Origin: Pseudomonadales bacterium
GTDB lineage: Bacteria; Pseudomonadota; Gammaproteobacteria; Pseudomonadales; Azotimanducaceae
Assembly (NCBI GenBank): GCA_016779425.1
Contig: JADHNQ010000001.1
Coordinates: forward strand, 1 to 37,954
Length of the DNA stretch: 37,954 nt
Direction of reading: 5' to 3'
Shown: positions 1-9,391 of the stretch, in pieces
Numbering within the stretch: position 1 is the first letter of the stretch
How the letters are laid out: each line of letters opens with the position of its first letter
The notes under the pieces: generated by a model
What the model saw: only the letters and a program-made list of their open reading frames with translations
The model's database searches: none
Told to the model about the DNA's origin: nothing
Translations under genes and position numbers: made by a program

Positions 1-475
1 CGAGTTGGGTAATGGCGTGGCGGGTGCCATGAACAGCTTCACCTTCCTCATCGCTGGTGATCAGAAAGCTGATGGTCCCGGGGTGGTTAGGATTTTCCTC
101 GACGAAGGTAGTTACGGCATAGATCATCGCCGCGAGGCTGGATTTCATGTCGGCGGCACCCCGTCCGTACAGCAAGCCGTCACGGATGGTCGGTTCAAAC
201 GGAGGAGATTGCCAATTTTCTGGTGGCCCAGAAGGAACCACATCCGTATGACCCGCGAACATCAGGTGAGGCGCTGTGTCTGCGCTACGCGCGGGATCCA
301 TGCCGCGCCATGCCCAAAGATTGTGAACGCCATGGGCGTTGAATTGTTCCGTGGTGAAGCCAAGTGCGCGCAGCATATCGCCGATGAGTTCTTGGCAGCC
401 AGCGTCCTCGGGTGTGACCGATACCCGCCGGATCAGGGCCTTGGTTAGTTCTAAGATCGAAGATTCGTTTTCCAT
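1..475 (-). CDS. dapE: Succinyl-diaminopimelate desuccinylase, 5' part (runs off the window edge)
   Basis: Not in the ORF track. Manual minus-strand translation from ATG at 475-473 (TGATG overlap with the dapD stop) gives [28 protein letters not shown]...HNLWA...FAGHTDVVP...[10 protein letters not shown]...LITSDEEG, which are M20/DapE metal-binding motifs. Confidence 0.95.
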   Translation of the reverse strand, partial: MENESSILELTKALIRRVSVTPEDAGCQELIGDMLRALGFTTEQFNAHGVHNLWAWRGMDPARSADTAPHLMFAGHTDVVPSGPPENWQSPPFEPTIRDGLLYGRGAADMKSSLAAMIYAVTTFVEENPNHPGTISFLITSDEEGEAVHGTRHAITQL

Positions 476-1491
476 CAGTTATGGCTGTGCAACGCGTCGT
501 TGAGTTCTATCGCTTTACGATTGGTCTTGCACAGCACCTGGCCCGATTTGGCGTCCCGAATGAACAACATGTCGGATTGCCCGGAGAGTTCCCGAGCCTT
601 CACTCGCTGCACCTCTTCGCCGGTTTCATCTACCACCATGACTGGAGTGCCTGCTGTGATGTAGAGGCCCGCTTCGATTGTACAGCGGTCCCCCAGTGGT
701 ATTCCGGTTCCCGCATTGGCACCCACAAGACACTGTTCGCCGATGCTAATAACGATTTCGCCGCCGCCGGAGAGGGTACCTTGAGTACTGGAGCTGCCGC
801 CCAAATCCGTCCCCGCACCAATGATCACGCCCTGAGAAATGCGGCCCTCAACCATGTTGGGGCCAAGCGCCGCCGCGTTGAAGTTTACAAAGCCTTCATG
901 CATTACCGTGGTGCCGTCGCCCAAGTATGCGCCGAGGCGTATTCGACTGGCGTCAGCGATACGAACCCCAGCTGGTACTACGTAATTAACCATTTTTGGA
1001 AATTTGTCGATTGAGAACACTTCCAGATTGAGTCCCTGGCTCCGCGCGTTCATGAGGGCTTCTGGCAGTTCACTGACCTCGATAGGGCCAGCAGATGTCC
1101 ATGCGAGATTCGGTAGATGCGCAAAAATGCCGTTTAAATTCAGCGTATTCGGCAGGGCGAGGCGATGGGAAAGTAAGTGCAGTTTGAGATAGGCCTCCTC
1201 GGTGCTGCCAATGTCCTCGTCAGCGATTAGCCGGATCACGATAAGTTCATGCTGGGAATTGCAGCCTTCAAGCGCTGCGAGTAAGGACATAGGCACAAGC
1301 TCAGGAGCGGCGGAGAGAAGTGCCTGAAGCTGTGTCTCACTGGGCGCTGTAACACCCGCAGGTAGGCTGGCCGCGGCTGCCCCGGCCGCGCCGTCGGGGT
1401 GCATTACCGGCGCGGGATAGAGACAGTCCAGAACGAGGCCTGCACCGTTGGTGTTGCGAAGCCCTACAGCAAAAGCAAATGTATCTGTCAT
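475..1491 (-). CDS. dapD: Tetrahydrodipicolinate N-succinyltransferase (Pseudomonas-type long DapD)
   Basis: 338 aa; motifs [36 protein letters not shown]; hexapeptide repeats; C-terminal LNDALH; lies between dapC and dapE. Confidence 0.95.
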   Translation of the reverse strand: MTDTFAFAVGLRNTNGAGLVLDCLYPAPVMHPDGAAGAAAASLPAGVTAPSETQLQALLSAAPELVPMSLLAALEGCNSQHELIVIRLIADEDIGSTEEAYLKLHLLSHRLALPNTLNLNGIFAHLPNLAWTSAGPIEVSELPEALMNARSQGLNLEVFSIDKFPKMVNYVVPAGVRIADASRIRLGAYLGDGTTVMHEGFVNFNAAALGPNMVEGRISQGVIIGAGTDLGGSSSTQGTLSGGGEIVISIGEQCLVGANAGTGIPLGDRCTIEAGLYITAGTPVMVVDETGEEVQRVKARELSGQSDMLFIRDAKSGQVLCKTNRKAIELNDALHSHN

Positions 1492-1586
1492 CGATTAACC
1501 CGTCGCACTGTCAAAGAGGCGGCAGTCTACCGTGGGTGTTTCGACTATTCGAGCTTGCTCGCTTGCGAGCGATGTTTTGCGTGCAC

Positions 1587-2807
1587 CTAGAGGTTGCGCG
1601 CAAACTCTGCAAGACGTTCAGCTGCGATTACACAATCCTCCATACCGGCCACCCAGGCGACGCGAACATGTCCTTGGCCTGGATTTGTGTACTGCGCTCC
1701 CTCACCGAGGTCTCTGCCCAAAAATGTGCCGGGCATGACGGTAATGTTCTGACTTTCTAGCAGACGTTGACTAAAGCCAAGGTCATCGATGGGGGTTCGC
1801 ATCCAATGATAAAAACCGCCCTCCGGCTGTTCCAGATCGTAGTAGGGCGCGAGAATTTTCGTCACCGCAGCGAATTTTTCTCGATAGAGCGCGCGATTTT
1901 CTTGCACATGAGATTCGTCGCTCCAAGCCAATGTGCTGGCGTGTTGGTGGTGGGCGGACATGGCACACCCATGATAGGTGCGATAGCTCAGATACTGCTG
2001 AATCAATTGGATATCTCCTGCCACAAAACCGCTTCGCAGACCCGGCAGGTTCGAGCGCTTTGATAGGCTATGAAAACTCAGACAGCGCTCAAAGGGGCGC
2101 ACTGAGCCGTCACCATAGTGCGATGCAGCCTGCAGCAAGCTACATGGAATGGACTGGTCGTCGTAGTAAAGCTCGCTATAGCACTCGTCGCTGACGACAA
2201 TAAAGTCATATTGATGAGCCAGATCAATGAGCTGAAGCATTTCGTCCAAAGACATCAGCTTGCCTGTAGGGTTACCCGGCGAGCAGATATAAACCATCTC
2301 AATGGCCTCCCACTGAGATGGTGTTATGCCCGAGAAATCTGCGCGGTAGCCGTTCTCGGCTAAGTTCGGGATATAAAGTGGGCGGGCACCCGCTAGCAGA
2401 GCAGCACCCTCGTATATTTGGTAGAAGGGGTTGGGCATACCGACAAGTGACCCCTCGTCACCGCTCAGCAGAGCTTGAGCCACACTGAAAAGCGCCTCGC
2501 GCGTGCCGTAGACCGGCAGGATTTGTGTTGTTGGATCCGTACCAATCCCAAAGCGACGTTGCAGCCAATCGCTGATCGCAAGCCGCAGTTCATCACTGCC
2601 CTTTGTGGCAGGATAAATTCCAAGCTGTTTAGTCAGCGCCTGCGCGTCGGCGAGTGCCTCGACCACGAAACTCGGTGCGGGATGCTTGGGCTCTCCTAAC
2701 GATAAGGATATGTGTTCGAGTCCCTCGAGGTGTTCGCAATTTTTGTGCAGCTCGCGCAATCTTTCGAAGGGGTAGGGTTGCAGCTGCTCTAGTTTTGGAT
2801 TGCGCAC
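1587..2807 (-). CDS. dapC: N-succinyldiaminopimelate aminotransferase (PLP class I/II)
   Basis: GTG start; motifs LQPYPFERL, PNPFYQIYEGA, CSPGNPTG, SDECYSE and the PLP-lysine motif SLSKRSNLPGLRSG; context glnD-dapC-dapD. Confidence 0.93.
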   Translation of the reverse strand: MRNPKLEQLQPYPFERLRELHKNCEHLEGLEHISLSLGEPKHPAPSFVVEALADAQALTKQLGIYPATKGSDELRLAISDWLQRRFGIGTDPTTQILPVYGTREALFSVAQALLSGDEGSLVGMPNPFYQIYEGAALLAGARPLYIPNLAENGYRADFSGITPSQWEAIEMVYICSPGNPTGKLMSLDEMLQLIDLAHQYDFIVVSDECYSELYYDDQSIPCSLLQAASHYGDGSVRPFERCLSFHSLSKRSNLPGLRSGFVAGDIQLIQQYLSYRTYHGCAMSAHHQHASTLAWSDESHVQENRALYREKFAAVTKILAPYYDLEQPEGGFYHWMRTPIDDLGFSQRLLESQNITVMPGTFLGRDLGEGAQYTNPGQGHVRVAWVAGMEDCVIAAERLAEFARNL

Positions 2808-2853
2808 GAGTGTGAATGCTTCCTCTATGTTTAAGCTTTGTGACTAACCTTGG

Positions 2854-5460
2854 TTAGGTTGCCTGATCTAAGCGCTGGCGGATGGTTTGTTCGATCTCAT
2901 AGCGCTTTTGTCCGCTATGCAGACTTTCACCTTTTTTACTCACGACCACAAAGACATCCTCCACGCGCTCGCCCAGGGTAGTGATGCGGGCCGACATGAT
3001 TTCAAGCCCAACCTCGACCAGCACCAGGGCAATGGTTGCCAAAAATCCCGGCCGGTCTGATGCGGTGATATTGAGTGTCGCTGCATGGTCGTGGGGTTCA
3101 GCAACTAAGGTGACGCTTGCTGGAATTTTGAGTTCTTTGAGTTGCCGAGGGACGCGTTGGCCCGTGCCGCTGGTTGCCGGTTCCGGATCTGCCAGCGTTT
3201 CTTTAACTCGTTCAATGATGTTCGCTCGTGCCCCGGGGTCAACGACTTCAGAGCCCTCGCTATCCAATACGGTGAACATATCAAAGTACAGGTCGCCAGA
3301 GGCCTTGTTGATATAGGCGTCAACAACCGTCAGGCCCAGTTGATTTAATGTCACCACGATGGCCGCAAAGGTCTTGGAGCGATCTCGATCCAGCACGTAG
3401 ATTTTGGTCGCGCCCTCCTCCACGGAGTCGGTCTGGGGCTCTGAGATCGCGACGAAGGGCTCTTGCTCTATTGGGTGAACAAGTAGCGCCTGGCTGATGG
3501 TCACGATCTCTTGCGTGGTATGGCGCAGGAAGAAGTCCTCACCGAGATCTTGCCATATAGCCTCGAGGTGCTCGGTATCCAGACCCGCTTGATCAGATTG
3601 CAGCTGCTCTAAGGCACTCTCCTGAAACGCACGCACGCTTTCCTCACGATCCATGGGCTCATCCTGTGTCCGCAGGACGCGCCGAGTCTCGAAATATAGG
3701 TGCCGCATCAGCGTCGCCCGCCATCCATTCCATAGATTTGGATTGGTGGCGTTGATATCTGCCACAGTCAGGGCATAGAGATAGTCAAGACGCATCTGGG
3801 ATTTCACGTGCGCGGCGAAGTCCGCTACGACTTCGGGATCATATATATCCCGATTTTGGGCAACCGATGACATATATAGGTGGTAGCGAACCAGCCAGCA
3901 AACCAGGGCAGTGTCTGACTCGTTGAGGCCATGCTGCTCGCAAAACAATTTGGCGTCTTCCGCGCCCAGTTCGGAGTGGTCGCCGCCGCGGCCTTTACCG
4001 ATGTCATGAAACAGACCTGCAATGTAAAGAAGCTCACCCTTAGGGATGCTCTTTACGCAGCGATGAGCAATGGGAAAGGTTTCCAGGGCGTGTTCATAGC
4101 GGAAGCGGCGCATGTTGCGAATCACCATCATGGTATGCGCGTCGACGGTGTAAATATGAAACAGGTCATGCTGCATCTGTCCGACGATGTCACCGAAGGC
4201 CGGTAGGTAACGGCCTAGTACGCCGTATCGGCGCATCAGAGTCAGCTGAGTAACGACGGTATAGGGTGATTTGAGGATACTGAGAAACAGCCGGCAGTTC
4301 TCGGGATCGCAGCGAAAGTTCTCGTCGATGAGGTGTACGGCTTCCCGCAGCGCACGAATCGTTCGAACCCGCACGCGTATATTTTCCTCGCGTTGGGCCA
4401 TCAAAAAGAACATCTCCAGCATGGCCGAAGGGTTGCGCAGAAAAACGTCCGGCTCGGTAATGTCGATCCGACGATTGATGAGACGAAATCGGTCATTAAG
4501 CCGCTCAAGGCTCGGCCTCTTCTTCGCGGTCATATCCTCCTGAAAATGCTGCAGAACAATGTCGTTCACATCAGAAAGGGCCATCACATGTCGATAGTAA
4601 TGCTGCATGAACAGTTCTACCGCTGACTTGCTTTCGGTATCCACGAAACCAAGCCGTTGGGACAGTTCGCGCTGTCTGGCAAAGTGCAGTTGATCCTCTT
4701 TACGGCCTGCCAGAGAGTGGAGGCCATAACGCACCCACCATAAAAAACGACGCCCGTCATTTAGCCAGCGCGCTTCGGTAGTGGATAGGACGCCCAGCGT
4801 GACCAGCTGATCTATGTTCGTGGTGCCATAGCGACGGCTGCATACCCAAAGGGTGGTTTGAATGTCGCGCAAGCCCCCCGGGGAGGTTTTTATATTTGGC
4901 TCTAACTTATAGTCGACATGGTCGTAGTGACGATGGCGAGCAAGCTGTTCATCACGCTTGGCGACAAAAAAATCTTCAACGGGCCATACCCTTGGATGAG
5001 CAAGGGCTTTCTCTAAGGGAGCGACGAGGGACTCATCGCCGCACAGAAAACGTCTTTCGAACAGTGCGGTAGCGATGGTGATATCAGACCGGCATTCCCG
5101 AACACAGGTTTTGATGTCTCGAACGCTGTGTCCGACCTCGACATTGAGATCGAATAAGTCGCGCAAAAAAGCCTCAACAGTTTCGCGCTGGGGATTCGAC
5201 TTCTGCGTGAGTACAAGAATGTCGATGTCCGAGCCAGGGTGTAGCTCGGCCCGTCCGTAACCCCCGACAGCAAACAATGCGCAGCCGTCGCTGTTTGCGA
5301 AATGTTGCTGCCATAGGTCGGCAATAATACTGTCAAACGCGTGGCCGAGCGCTGCGACTAGGGCCTCGATGGGCTCATTATTCCAGTATCGTTCTTCCAG
5401 GTCGGTAATCGCCTGGGCTAATCGTTCGCGCCGCTGCAGAATCGCAGTCCCGAGGCTCAT
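2854..5460 (-). CDS. glnD: Bifunctional PII uridylyltransferase/uridylyl-removing enzyme
   Basis: 868 aa; nucleotidyltransferase motif GGYGRAELHPGSDIDIL, EPNIKTSPGGLRD, HD domain (HIYTVDAH...HDIGKGRGGDHS), two C-terminal ACT domains (DRPGFL, TLGERVEDVF). Confidence 0.97.
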   Translation of the reverse strand: MSLGTAILQRRERLAQAITDLEERYWNNEPIEALVAALGHAFDSIIADLWQQHFANSDGCALFAVGGYGRAELHPGSDIDILVLTQKSNPQRETVEAFLRDLFDLNVEVGHSVRDIKTCVRECRSDITIATALFERRFLCGDESLVAPLEKALAHPRVWPVEDFFVAKRDEQLARHRHYDHVDYKLEPNIKTSPGGLRDIQTTLWVCSRRYGTTNIDQLVTLGVLSTTEARWLNDGRRFLWWVRYGLHSLAGRKEDQLHFARQRELSQRLGFVDTESKSAVELFMQHYYRHVMALSDVNDIVLQHFQEDMTAKKRPSLERLNDRFRLINRRIDITEPDVFLRNPSAMLEMFFLMAQREENIRVRVRTIRALREAVHLIDENFRCDPENCRLFLSILKSPYTVVTQLTLMRRYGVLGRYLPAFGDIVGQMQHDLFHIYTVDAHTMMVIRNMRRFRYEHALETFPIAHRCVKSIPKGELLYIAGLFHDIGKGRGGDHSELGAEDAKLFCEQHGLNESDTALVCWLVRYHLYMSSVAQNRDIYDPEVVADFAAHVKSQMRLDYLYALTVADINATNPNLWNGWRATLMRHLYFETRRVLRTQDEPMDREESVRAFQESALEQLQSDQAGLDTEHLEAIWQDLGEDFFLRHTTQEIVTISQALLVHPIEQEPFVAISEPQTDSVEEGATKIYVLDRDRSKTFAAIVVTLNQLGLTVVDAYINKASGDLYFDMFTVLDSEGSEVVDPGARANIIERVKETLADPEPATSGTGQRVPRQLKELKIPASVTLVAEPHDHAATLNITASDRPGFLATIALVLVEVGLEIMSARITTLGERVEDVFVVVSKKGESLHSGQKRYEIEQTIRQRLDQAT

Positions 5461-5529
5461 CTGGTCATTGACCTAGGTGCATCTAGGGGTCCAAAGGATG
5501 GTACAACGCAGCAACATTGGCGACTGAGA

Positions 5530-6321
5530 TCAGCCAAAACTTTCTTCTCCGCGCAAGGTAAATATCTCAAAGCCATCGGCAGTCACCATCAGCGTATGCT
5601 CCCATTGGGCTGAGAGTTTGTGATCCTTAGTCACCGCGGTCCATTGGTCCGGCAGGATTTTAATGTGGCGCTTTCCGGCATTGATCATGGGTTCGATGGT
5701 AAATGACATGCCTTCATCTAGCACGACACCCGTGCCTGGTCGACCATAGTGAAGAACCTGTGGGTCGTCGTGGAATACTTTCGCAATACCGTGGCCGCAA
5801 AACTCTCTCACGACGCTGAAGTGGTTGCTCTCTGCGTGACGCTGAATGGCATAGCCTATATCTCCCAGTCTGGCGCCGGGCCTGACCTGTTCAATGCCCC
5901 TATACATGCATTCTTGAGTAATTTTGCTGAGACGTTTCGCCATAACAGATGGCTCGCCGGCAAAGAACATTTTGCTGGTGTCCCCATGGTAGCCATCCTT
6001 AATGACGGTAATGTCGATATTGATGGCATCGCCATTTTTGAGCTTTTTCGACGTGCTCGGTATGCCATGGCAAACAACATGATTGACGCTGGTACAAATG
6101 GACTTCGGGAAGGGCATTTGTCCCCCTCCACCGCCATAATTGAGCGGGGCAGGGATACAGCCTAGGTCTTCAACGATGAATTGATGACACAGTTGATCGA
6201 GTTCCTCGGTGGTTACGCCGGGCTGGACATGATCGCCGATCATTTCCAACACTGAGGCGGCAGCACGACCCGCAGCTCGCATGCCTAGTAGGTCTGTTTC
6301 GTTCTCAATCCGCGCTGTCAT
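5530..6321 (-). CDS. map: Type I methionine aminopeptidase
   Basis: Motifs CTSVNHVVCHGIP, NIDITV, GDTS, GHGI, TIEPM, SAQWEHT; divergent from rpsB as usual. Confidence 0.98.
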   Translation of the reverse strand: MTARIENETDLLGMRAAGRAAASVLEMIGDHVQPGVTTEELDQLCHQFIVEDLGCIPAPLNYGGGGGQMPFPKSICTSVNHVVCHGIPSTSKKLKNGDAINIDITVIKDGYHGDTSKMFFAGEPSVMAKRLSKITQECMYRGIEQVRPGARLGDIGYAIQRHAESNHFSVVREFCGHGIAKVFHDDPQVLHYGRPGTGVVLDEGMSFTIEPMINAGKRHIKILPDQWTAVTKDHKLSAQWEHTLMVTADGFEIFTLRGEESFG

Positions 6322-6351
6322 GGCAAATTCCGTTTAATTCAGAAAGTTGTT

Positions 6352-6374
6352 TGTGGTATAAATCGCGCCGCGCG
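6352..6374 (+). promoter_or_regulatory. rpsB extended -10 promoter with GC-rich discriminator
   Basis: TGTGGTATAAA (6352-6362) followed by TCGCGCCGCGCG, matching the conserved gammaproteobacterial rpsB promoter (TGTGG-TATAAA plus GC-rich discriminator). Confidence 0.8.
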
Positions 6375-6504
6375 AGTGGCGGATCCCGCCTAACTCGGCA
6401 AAACAACAGTGTTTCAATCATCTGCCATTGATCTCGATGACATTTTGGGTCAAGGCCTGAAGCGCAAAGCGCGGCAGTATAGACAACTTGGGACCGATAA
6501 AAAA

Positions 6505-6596
6505 TTGCCTGCTTCGACACAGGCTCTCGGGTGCCGATTATCATCAATACTGGTGATCTCGGTTAGAGCCTGGGAAGCATGGCAAATGGTTAACCC
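6505..6596 (+). ncRNA. rpsB leader / t44-like S2 autoregulatory RNA structure
   Basis: Nested pairings TTGCC-TGCTTC(6505-6515)/GAAGCA-TGGCAA(6574-6585), CAGGCTCT(6520-6527)/AGAGCCTG(6565-6572) and CCGA/TCGG, with the characteristic GGGTG internal loop and TAACCC before the start codon. Confidence 0.75.
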
Positions 6597-6608
6597 GGAG
6601 AGAATAAA

Positions 6609-7571
6609 ATGACAGTAAGTATGCGAGACATGCTGGCCGCCGGCGTGCACTTCGGTCACCAGACCCGATTCTGGAACCCCAAAATGGCACCCTTTATATT
6701 CGGTGCTCGAAACAAGATTCACATCATCAATCTTGAGAAAACCCTACCTGCTTTCAACGAAGCGCTTGTCGAAGTGCGCAACATGGCGTCCAAGGGCAAG
6801 AAAGTGCTTTTCGTTGGTACGAAGCGTGCGGCCGCAAAGGTGATCGCAGAGCAGGCGTCCCGTGTGGGGATGCCCTATGTTGACCAGCGCTGGCTGGGCG
6901 GCATGTTGACGAATTACAAGACCATTCGGCAGTCCATCAAGCGGCTGGTGGATCTAGAAACCGAATCGCAAGACGGCACGTTTGATTTGCTGTCCAAAAA
7001 AGAAGCCCTGCTGCGCACCCGAATGATGAACAAACTGCAGGGCAGTTTGGGCGGCATTAAGGAGATGGGCGGACTCCCAGACGCAATTTTTGTTGTCGAC
7101 GTGCAGCATGAGCATATCGCGGTAACCGAGGCGAACAAGCTGGGCATCCCCGTCTTTGGCATTGTGGACTCCAACACCGATCCAGCCGGCGTCGATTACG
7201 TCATTCCTGGCAACGACGATGCGATTCGGGCAATTCGACTGTATGTCACAGCATTCGCTGACGCAGTAGCGGAAGGCAAGGCTAATGTTGCAAGCGACGT
7301 GGATCCTGACGAATTCGTAGAGGTCGACGAACCAACAGCTGCGCCGAAGGCAGAAATTTCAGAAGCGGTAGCGGCGAGTGTAAACGAGGCGTTTGCAGCA
7401 GAAGATGAAGCAAAGGCTGCGGAAGCAGAGGCTCAGGCCGCCGCCGCAGCGCCAGCAGAGGCTCAGGCCGCTGCCGAGGCGCCTGCAGAAGCGATAGAAG
7501 AAGCCGAGCCAGCACAACCGCAAGCAGAAGCATCAGATGCTGACAGCGATGCTGCCGAGGAGAAGGAGTAA
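6609..7571 (+). CDS. rpsB: 30S ribosomal protein S2 with Ala/Glu-rich C-terminal tail
   Basis: Motifs [41 protein letters not shown]. Confidence 0.99.
   Translation: MTVSMRDMLAAGVHFGHQTRFWNPKMAPFIFGARNKIHIINLEKTLPAFNEALVEVRNMASKGKKVLFVGTKRAAAKVIAEQASRVGMPYVDQRWLGGMLTNYKTIRQSIKRLVDLETESQDGTFDLLSKKEALLRTRMMNKLQGSLGGIKEMGGLPDAIFVVDVQHEHIAVTEANKLGIPVFGIVDSNTDPAGVDYVIPGNDDAIRAIRLYVTAFADAVAEGKANVASDVDPDEFVEVDEPTAAPKAEISEAVAASVNEAFAAEDEAKAAEAEAQAAAAAPAEAQAAAEAPAEAIEEAEPAQPQAEASDADSDAAEEKE
7425..7484 (+). repeat. Imperfect 30-bp tandem duplication in the rpsB tail
   Basis: GCAGAGGCTCAGGCCGCCGCCGCAGCGCCA / GCAGAGGCTCAGGCCGCTGCCGAGGCGCCT, encoding [10 protein letters not shown] / [10 protein letters not shown]. 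Confidence 0.85.
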
Positions 7572-7574
7572 GAC

Positions 7575-8435
7575 ATGGCGATTTCAGCTGCGATGGTCAA
7601 GGAACTGCGCGAACGCACTGGCCTTGGCATGATGGACTGTAAAAAAGCACTGGCAGAAGCCGGTGGCGATATGGACCAAGCCATAGAAGACTTACGCAAG
7701 AAGAGTTCCTTGAAGGCCGCTAAGAAAGCAGGCCGCACGGCGGCCAATGGCCTGTTGGGCGTGAAATCTTCCGAGGACGGTACGCGTATTGCCCTGGTGG
7801 AAGTCAATATCGAAACGGACTTCGCTGCAAAAAACGAAAAGTTCATTGCCTTCGTCAGCAAAGTGGCGCAAACGCTATTTGACAGCGGCGACATGGATTC
7901 GGTGACTCAAACGCTCAATGCCGAGCGTGAAACACTGGTTCAAGAAATCGGTGAGAATATGGCGATTCGCAGAGGAGCCTTGGTTGAGTCCGCGTCAGGT
8001 GGTTTGAGTTACTACATGCACGGTGATCAGCGTCGCGGCGCCATTGTTCAGCTTGCTGATAAGCACGATGAACTCGGTCGAGACTTAGCAATGCATGTTG
8101 TGGCGATTAACCCCATGGTCGTTAAAAGCGATGAGGTTGCTGCAGACGTGCTCGACAAAGAACGAGAAATCTACATGTCCCAGGCGCTGGATAGCGGCAA
8201 GCCCGAAGAGATTGTGGTCAAAATGGTCGAAGGGCGAGTGAAGAAATTCTTGTCTGAAGTCAGCCTGTTAGACCAACCCTTTGTAAAGGACGGCAATACT
8301 AAGGTAGGCGCCTTGGTGAAGCAGGCCAACACGGAGGTTGTACAGTTCATTCGCTATGAAGTAGGTGAAGGCATTGAGGTGGAAGAGGCAGATTTCGCTG
8401 CTGAAGTCGCCGCCCAATTAGCCGACAGCGAATAA
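7575..8435 (+). CDS. tsf: Elongation factor Ts
   Basis: Motifs VKELRERTGLGMMDCKKAL, EVNIETDF, AMHVVA, RYEVGEG; SD AAGGAG within the end of rpsB. Confidence 0.99.
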   Translation: MAISAAMVKELRERTGLGMMDCKKALAEAGGDMDQAIEDLRKKSSLKAAKKAGRTAANGLLGVKSSEDGTRIALVEVNIETDFAAKNEKFIAFVSKVAQTLFDSGDMDSVTQTLNAERETLVQEIGENMAIRRGALVESASGGLSYYMHGDQRRGAIVQLADKHDELGRDLAMHVVAINPMVVKSDEVAADVLDKEREIYMSQALDSGKPEEIVVKMVEGRVKKFLSEVSLLDQPFVKDGNTKVGALVKQANTEVVQFIRYEVGEGIEVEEADFAAEVAAQLADSE

Positions 8436-8439
8436 ACAA

Positions 8440-9150
8440 TTGTCTCGGCTTCTGCTCAAGCTTAGTGGCGAGGCTCTCGGTGGCACCACGGGCCAAGGCA
8501 TCGAACCCACGGTCCTTGAGCATTTTTGTCGTCAAATAAAGAGTGCTGTTGATGCCGGTATTGAAATAGGCGTCGTTTTAGGCGGAGGGAACCTGTTCCG
8601 CGGGGCTGCGCTGTCCCAAGCGGGTATGGATCGAGTAGTTGGTGATCGCATGGGCATGCTAGCCACTATTATGAATGCCTTAGCCTTGGGAGATTTTTTG
8701 ACCAGAGCAGGGATCGCCAATCAAGTATTTTCTGCTACGGGGATACCGGGAATCACGCCGGCCTATGAGCGTGACCTGGCTTTGACTGCAATGTCTCAGG
8801 GTCGGGTTGTGATCCTCAGCGGTGGCACAGGTAATCCGCTCTTTACCACCGATACCGCAGCATGCCTCCGAGGAATCGAGCTGCGCACGGACGCGGTGCT
8901 TAAGGCGACCAATGTAGATGGCGTTTACAGCGCGGACCCCAAAAAAGACCCCAACGCCACGCGTTACTCGCAGATTACATTTGATCAGGTGCTCGAGCAG
9001 CAGCTAGGTGTGATGGACCTCACAGCCATGGTGTTGTGTCGTGAAAATGCGATGCCAATTGTGGTATTTGATGTCAGCGCGGAAGGCGCACTGGTGGCGA
9101 TTAGCCGCGGTGAAGATGTGGGGACTCGTGTTGAAAATGTTCCTGTCTGA
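8440..9150 (+). CDS. pyrH: UMP kinase
   Basis: TTG start; motifs LLKLSGEAL, GGGNLFRG, DRMGMLAT, GTGNPLFTTD, VDGVYSADP, VMDLTA. Confidence 0.97.
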   Translation: MSRLLLKLSGEALGGTTGQGIEPTVLEHFCRQIKSAVDAGIEIGVVLGGGNLFRGAALSQAGMDRVVGDRMGMLATIMNALALGDFLTRAGIANQVFSATGIPGITPAYERDLALTAMSQGRVVILSGGTGNPLFTTDTAACLRGIELRTDAVLKATNVDGVYSADPKKDPNATRYSQITFDQVLEQQLGVMDLTAMVLCRENAMPIVVFDVSAEGALVAISRGEDVGTRVENVPV

Positions 9151-9173
9151 TTCCGGAGCCCTTGGCTTACGAG

Positions 9174-9218
9174 TTTCTGCCGCCAGAATCTCTGCTTCCA
9201 GAATCCCTGTTTTCAGAA
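9174..9218. repeat. Three imperfect 15-bp tandem units in the pyrH-frr spacer
   Basis: TTTCTGCCGCCAGAA / TCTCTGCTTCCAGAA / TCCCTGTTTTCAGAA; each unit contains a CTG..CAG inverted pair. Confidence 0.75.
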
Positions 9219-9391
9219 TTTATGCGAAAAACGCCGTCAGGTTTGCCGCGCAGAATTGCATCAACGATGACCATGTGGCATCAAGAAACACAACTGCCTA
9301 TCATCAAAACCTCATGGGAATGCGGGCGAGTGGCGGGAGAAAGCGTTTGACCGCCGCAGCTAAGGTGCGCAGATGAGATTGGGAATTACTC

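Noticed and set aside
5-448. 147-aa plus-strand ORF
   Set aside because: It is the antisense shadow of dapE, which has clear motifs on the minus strand.
481-1014. 177-aa plus-strand ORF, and the many other 60-180 aa ORFs nested in or antisense to genes (e.g. 22673-23221, 32598-33110)
   Set aside because: They overlap well-supported conserved genes, have no recognisable motifs, and are expected by chance in moderately GC-rich coding DNA.
5472-5487. Imperfect palindrome CCTAGGTGCATCTAGG between map and glnD (partial match TGCACCTAG at 1582-1590)
   Set aside because: It has no U-tract and matches no operator I recognise; it is too short to call a repeat family.
9174-9307. Possible mini CRISPR array in the pyrH-frr spacer
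   Set aside because: The units are 15 bp, directly tandem and divergent, with no spacers; no cas genes are in the window.
9326-9336. GCGAGTGGCGG shared with the rpsB leader (6372-6382)
   Set aside because: A single 11-nt GC-rich match with unrelated flanks is compatible with chance.
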